Shown here piece after piece: positions 7,129 through 10,706 of a DNA stretch of 10,706 bases (position 1 is the first letter of the stretch; the number at the start of each line of letters is the position of its first letter). Under the pieces are notes generated by a model. The model ran no database searches. It saw only the letters and a list, made by a program, of their open reading frames with translations, and was not told the DNA's origin. The DNA comes from Thermoplasmatota archaeon (GTDB taxonomy: Archaea > Thermoplasmatota > Penumbrarchaeia > Penumbrarchaeales > Penumbrarchaeaceae), in contig JARVGK010000052.1 of assembly GCA_029762535.1 (NCBI GenBank), positions 1-10,706 on the forward strand, read 5' to 3'. Both the position numbers and the translations under genes were made by a program.

Positions 7129-8628
7129 ATGGAGTTGAGTGACAAGAGGTTCGGATTCTCCGGTCTGAGAGAGGTCAAGGAGATGCTTCGGGGTAATCCC
7201 GATGTCAGGTTCATACGCTTCATTACGGCGGACATGAACGGCGAGAGACCCTGCAATTTCACCATACCGATATCGGAGCTGAGCCGGACCGGAGAGGATA
7301 CGGGTGCTGAGTCAAGCGGCGAGGAGAGAGGTACCGAGAAAGGGTTCGATGCATCCTCCCTGTACCCCGAGAGAATAAACGAGAGCGACAAGAACGCCCA
7401 TCTGGATTATTCCACAGCCAGGATCCTTCCCTGGCGATACGGCACTCGGATCCAGGGGTTCGAGAGGAGCTGGCGGGAGATGGTGGTCTTCGGCGATATC
7501 ATGGACCCTATCAACGGGCCTTACAAGTTTGACTCGAGAATGATACTCAAGAGGGTCCTTGGCAAGGTCAGGGAGCTGGGGATCGCTGACACAGTGTACA
7601 TTGGACCCGAGATGGAGTTCTTCCTGTTCGATTCGGATGAAAGTGGGTTCCCGATCATCGAGGAGATCTCCCTGGACGACAGCACTTATCTGAGACCCAG
7701 GACAGTTGATTTCGGAGCGTATTTCAAGGGCGGCCTATACGGCGAGGTCAGGAAGGAGGCCCAGATGGTGATGGAGGAGATGGGATACGCCTTCGAGTAC
7801 GACCATCACGAGGTCTCCAACAGCCAGCATGAGATAGACGTGCATTACATGCCCGCCCTCGAGATGGCTGATTTCGTCATGCTGTTCAGGTACGTGGTGA
7901 AGAAGGTGGCTTCGGCCAGGGGGTTGTTCGCGTCCTTCATGCCAAAACCCATCGCCGGCGTCAATGGTTCGGGGATGCACACCCATCAATCCCTGTTCAA
8001 GGACGGGATGAACGTATTCTACGACTCTAAATCGAAGGACCATCTATCCATGGAATGCAAACGATACATTGCTGGTTTGATGAAATACGTCCCCGAGATC
8101 GCCGCCGTATTGAACCCGTGGGTGAACTCCTTCAAGAGGCTGGTTCCCGGGTTCGAAGCCCCGGCATACATCTGTTTCGACCTTCAGAACCGATCCTCGC
8201 TGATAAGAATCCCGGGTTATGATCTCGACAATCCAAATGCGGTCAGGGTCGAACTCAGGAACCCGGATCCCTCATGCAACCCGTATCTTTCATTCGCGCT
8301 CCAGATCGCAGCGGGGGTGCAGGGGATCGTCGAGAGCCTCGAGCCGCCGCTTATGACGGAGGTGAACGTGTTCGAGCTATCCGATGCGGAAAAGGACGAT
8401 CTCGGGATCAGGAGGCTGCCTCCGGACCTGTCATCGGCTCTGGACCTCCTCGAGGGCAGCGCCCTTGCCAGGGATGTGATGGGAGAGGAGTTCCTCTCGC
8501 ACTATCTAAAGGCAAAACGCTCGCATGTGGATAGCTATCTGGGATCCCTCGGGCATAGGGCGAGGGACGAGTCCATGAGGATCAGGATCAGCAGGTTCGA
8601 GATAGAGAACCTGCTTCCGGTCCTTTGA
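7129..8628 (+). CDS. glnA: Glutamine synthetase type I (GSI-alpha-like), divergent
   Basis: Motifs FDASS..RINESD, GPEMEFFLF, HHEVSNSQHEID, FMPKPIAGVNGSGMHTHQSL, NSFKRLVPGFEAP, NRSSLIRIP, RVELRNPDPSCNPYL. Confidence 0.92.
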   Translation: MELSDKRFGFSGLREVKEMLRGNPDVRFIRFITADMNGERPCNFTIPISELSRTGEDTGAESSGEERGTEKGFDASSLYPERINESDKNAHLDYSTARILPWRYGTRIQGFERSWREMVVFGDIMDPINGPYKFDSRMILKRVLGKVRELGIADTVYIGPEMEFFLFDSDESGFPIIEEISLDDSTYLRPRTVDFGAYFKGGLYGEVRKEAQMVMEEMGYAFEYDHHEVSNSQHEIDVHYMPALEMADFVMLFRYVVKKVASARGLFASFMPKPIAGVNGSGMHTHQSLFKDGMNVFYDSKSKDHLSMECKRYIAGLMKYVPEIAAVLNPWVNSFKRLVPGFEAPAYICFDLQNRSSLIRIPGYDLDNPNAVRVELRNPDPSCNPYLSFALQIAAGVQGIVESLEPPLMTEVNVFELSDAEKDDLGIRRLPPDLSSALDLLEGSALARDVMGEEFLSHYLKAKRSHVDSYLGSLGHRARDESMRIRISRFEIENLLPVL

Positions 8629-8653
8629 ATCGAAACACTATCCGGATGCATAG

Positions 8654-8697
8654 GGGGATCGCATTCCGATCCCCGCCTTAAACCCGTTGGTTTTTTT
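8654..8697 (+). terminator. Putative glnA terminator: hairpin GGGGATCG-CATTC-CGATCCCC followed by a T7 tract
   Basis: 8-bp stem at 8654-8674 and TTTTTTT at 8691-8697, 25-70 nt after the stop codon. Confidence 0.6.
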
Positions 8698-9135
8698 AAT
8701 ATTTTATATTAAATTTTTTACAATTTATATTTATTTTAAGAAGGGATCCACCTCCAATTAAAATCAAATATCGATCCATTCCACAATAATAAAATAAATC
8801 ATTCTTTTGAGGGCGTCTACCCCAAAATTTATATGACCCTGAAATTTTTTTTAATTACATGGGAAAATTACTTATATAAATATATTTTTCGATCGGTATA
8901 TACTCGGATCCCTCAAGGTATCCAAAGGTCACACCCGGAATGGATATTCAACTTTTCAATAGAGAATTCCAAGAACGTTCGAATGAAAAGGGCGCATTAC
9001 ATCGAATTGATCTCCATTTATCCTCATCCATAGAGCCCATGAACGGTAGCTAACTAAAATATTATATATACCCTGTTATTTTTTATAATTTCCAACATCG
9101 TCGATAAATACCGATCCTTTTCATGCGCCCCTTGC

Positions 9136-9177
9136 CAATTCGATCCCCTCGGGGGATCGACCCCCGGGGATCGATTG
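9136..9177 (+). repeat. Nested GC-rich inverted repeats (TCGATCCCC / GGGGATCGA x2) upstream of the beta-helix gene RBS
   Basis: TCGATCCCC at 9140-9148, GGGGATCGA at 9152-9160 and 9166-9174, TCGACCCCC at 9157-9165. Confidence 0.65.
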
Positions 9178-9198
9178 ACGCGAGATCGAGGTGTGAAC

Positions 9199-10554
9199 AT
9201 GAAAAAGATGTATTTGGGACTGGTAATACTGGTCGTGTTTGGGCTGTGCTTTGGAACAGGGGTCTTCATGATCCCGGCTGACGCCGATGAGGATCCCTGG
9301 GTAGGGAATATAACCATCAACGCGGACGGCAGCGTATCCCCTTCGGATGCTCCGATAGACATCGATGGTGACACATACACCATGACTGACGATGTGAAAG
9401 GTAGCATCTACGTATACTGTTCGGATATCGTAATTGACGGTGATGGATATGTACTTGATGGGGCGGGCGCATTTGTTGGTGTCTATCTGACAAGGTACCG
9501 TGAGGATGCATCGAGCCCCTGGATCTATTGTGAAAATGTAGAGGTCAAGAACATGGAGATAGAGAACTTCACGTATGGGATCTATACATATTTCGGAGGA
9601 TATCATACGATCTCATACAACGATATTCATGATTGTAAGTACGCCATGAATATCTATTATTCAGGTTATAACACGATAGCCGATAACACGGTCACGGACA
9701 ACACAAATTACGGGATATACATTTATTTTTCAAGTTATAATACGATAAGCGATAATACTATCACAGACAATGCCTATGGGATATATGTTAATGGATATCG
9801 TTATTACGCATCACCCGGTGCTGACTCGAACACGATCAGCGATAACACCGTCAAGGACAACACGAATTACGGGATATTATTGTATTATTCCAGTTCTAAT
9901 GTCCTGACCGACAACGCCATTTCTGGGAGCGATTACAATTTCGGTGTCAGAGGATCCACACTGCTTCACTACACCCAGACCATTGATTCCACAAACACGG
10001 TTGAAGGGGCTCCGATATACTATTTGGTTGGAAAAAGCTACGCGACGATCCCTTCGGATGCCGGATATGTGGGAGTGGTAGACTCGGACCATATAACGGT
10101 GAAAGGTCCGACACTATCCAACAACTATCAAGGAGTCCTTATGGCATATTCCACATATTCAACGATAGAGAACGTCAATGCCATGTACGATTACTATGGC
10201 ATCTACGTGTACTATTCGGACCATATTACGATAAAAGACAGCACTGTTATGGACAATTACGATGGCATTTACTTATGGTATTCGAATTACATAGAGATCA
10301 AATACAATACAATAACGGACAACGAACAAAATGGCATCTATCTGAGGATGGGTGAATATAACACGATCGAAGATAACTTGATAGCCAACTGCAATACCGG
10401 TATCACTATAGTTTCATCAAAATATGTTGAGATATTCGACAACCGCATCAATAATTGCGCCCGTTACGGCATGTATCTTACTGGAGGACGCTACCTCACA
10501 CTTGACGGAAACATCTTGGTAGGGAACTACCGTCATATATACCTAGTGTCCTGA
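9199..10554 (+). CDS. Secreted right-handed parallel beta-helix repeat protein (NosD/PbH1/pectin-lyase-like fold), archaeal cell-surface type
   Basis: Start ATG 9199 with GAGGTG RBS (9188-9193). Signal peptide MKKMYLGLVILVVFGLCFGTGVFMIPADA; N-cap ITINADGSVSP..APIDIDGDTYTM...IDGDGY; many N.I..N.I..N..GIYL repeats; IDSTNTVEGAPIYYLV insertion typical of archaeal NosD-domain proteins. Confidence 0.9.
   Translation: MKKMYLGLVILVVFGLCFGTGVFMIPADADEDPWVGNITINADGSVSPSDAPIDIDGDTYTMTDDVKGSIYVYCSDIVIDGDGYVLDGAGAFVGVYLTRYREDASSPWIYCENVEVKNMEIENFTYGIYTYFGGYHTISYNDIHDCKYAMNIYYSGYNTIADNTVTDNTNYGIYIYFSSYNTISDNTITDNAYGIYVNGYRYYASPGADSNTISDNTVKDNTNYGILLYYSSSNVLTDNAISGSDYNFGVRGSTLLHYTQTIDSTNTVEGAPIYYLVGKSYATIPSDAGYVGVVDSDHITVKGPTLSNNYQGVLMAYSTYSTIENVNAMYDYYGIYVYYSDHITIKDSTVMDNYDGIYLWYSNYIEIKYNTITDNEQNGIYLRMGEYNTIEDNLIANCNTGITIVSSKYVEIFDNRINNCARYGMYLTGGRYLTLDGNILVGNYRHIYLVS
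9670..9876 (+). repeat. Intragenic direct repeat of a beta-helix coil
   Basis: 9670-9717 and 9829-9876 match at 42 of 48 nt (NTIADNTVTDNTNYGI vs NTISDNTVKDNTNYGI); a more diverged third copy lies at ~9739-9783. Confidence 0.8.
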
Positions 10555-10687
10555 CTAGTTAATTTTTATACATAATACTTTGCCAATTTTTTATCAGCCT
10601 TCTGTTTTGTGAAAGTCCATTTTATTTTTAATGGGGTATCCACTTTAATCCCAAAAGATTATATCGCTATAACGCTTCATGAGTAGC

Positions 10688-10706
10688 ATGCCTGAACCAG
10701 GAAAAG
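10688..10706 (+). CDS. Probable start of the next gene (MPEPGK...), truncated by window edge
   Basis: BRE/TATA CCAAAAGA-TTATAT at 10651-10664 lies about 24 nt upstream of ATG 10688. Only 6 codons are visible; an in-frame ATG at 10679 is an alternative start. Confidence 0.35.

Noticed and set aside
6981-7391. 137-aa N-terminal extension of the Lrp ORF given in the ORF track
   Set aside because: It crosses the divergent promoter and is antisense to glnA; the AsnC domain starts at MDRLD (6980).
8743-8755. GGGATCCACCTCC resembling the 16S rRNA 3' end (GGATCACCTCC)
   Set aside because: It has a one-base insertion and AT-rich flanks with no rRNA similarity; not an rRNA fragment.
8690-8900. AT-rich tract as a replication origin (DUE)
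   Set aside because: No ORB-like repeats recognised and no cdc6/orc1 gene in the window.
8833-9033. 66-aa plus-strand ORF in the AT-rich spacer
   Set aside because: Its ATG directly abuts a TATA-like box, there is no RBS, codon usage is atypical and no motif is recognisable.
9670-9876. Repeat pair as a possible DGR template/variable repeat or CRISPR array
   Set aside because: Both copies are in-frame coils of one gene, mismatches are not adenine-specific, no reverse transcriptase or cas gene is in view, and there is no repeat-spacer periodicity.
9199-10554. Calling the beta-helix gene nosD (N2O reductase maturation)
   Set aside because: Only the fold is shared; no nosZ/F/Y/L context, and the architecture fits generic archaeal surface proteins.

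Overview
Archaeal chromosomal window. The BRE/TATA promoters, leaderless starts about 24 nt after TATA and GGAGGTG RBSs indicate an archaeon, and the gene style suggests Thermoplasmatota (inference). Left to right on the minus strand: (1) a window-truncated, probably secreted caspase/legumain-fold (clan CD) protein missed by the ORF track, with the catalytic His retained but the catalytic Cys replaced by Ile; (2) a winged-helix + TPR regulator; (3) a decayed toxin-antitoxin cassette missed by the ORF track (internally deleted PIN/VapC-like gene plus an intact 45-aa partner); (4) a TetR - ABC ATPase - MacB/FtsX-type permease operon with a clear operator palindrome; (5) an Lrp/AsnC regulator. 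On the plus strand: a divergent type I glutamine synthetase with unusual insertions, then a 570-bp AT-rich spacer with several promoter-like boxes and GGGGATCG hairpins, then a secreted right-handed beta-helix (NosD/PbH1) protein. The best candidate for a new system is the wHTH-TPR regulator paired with the secreted pseudo-caspase, possibly with a small Cys-rich upstream peptide. All assignments come from manual motif reading; no searches were run.
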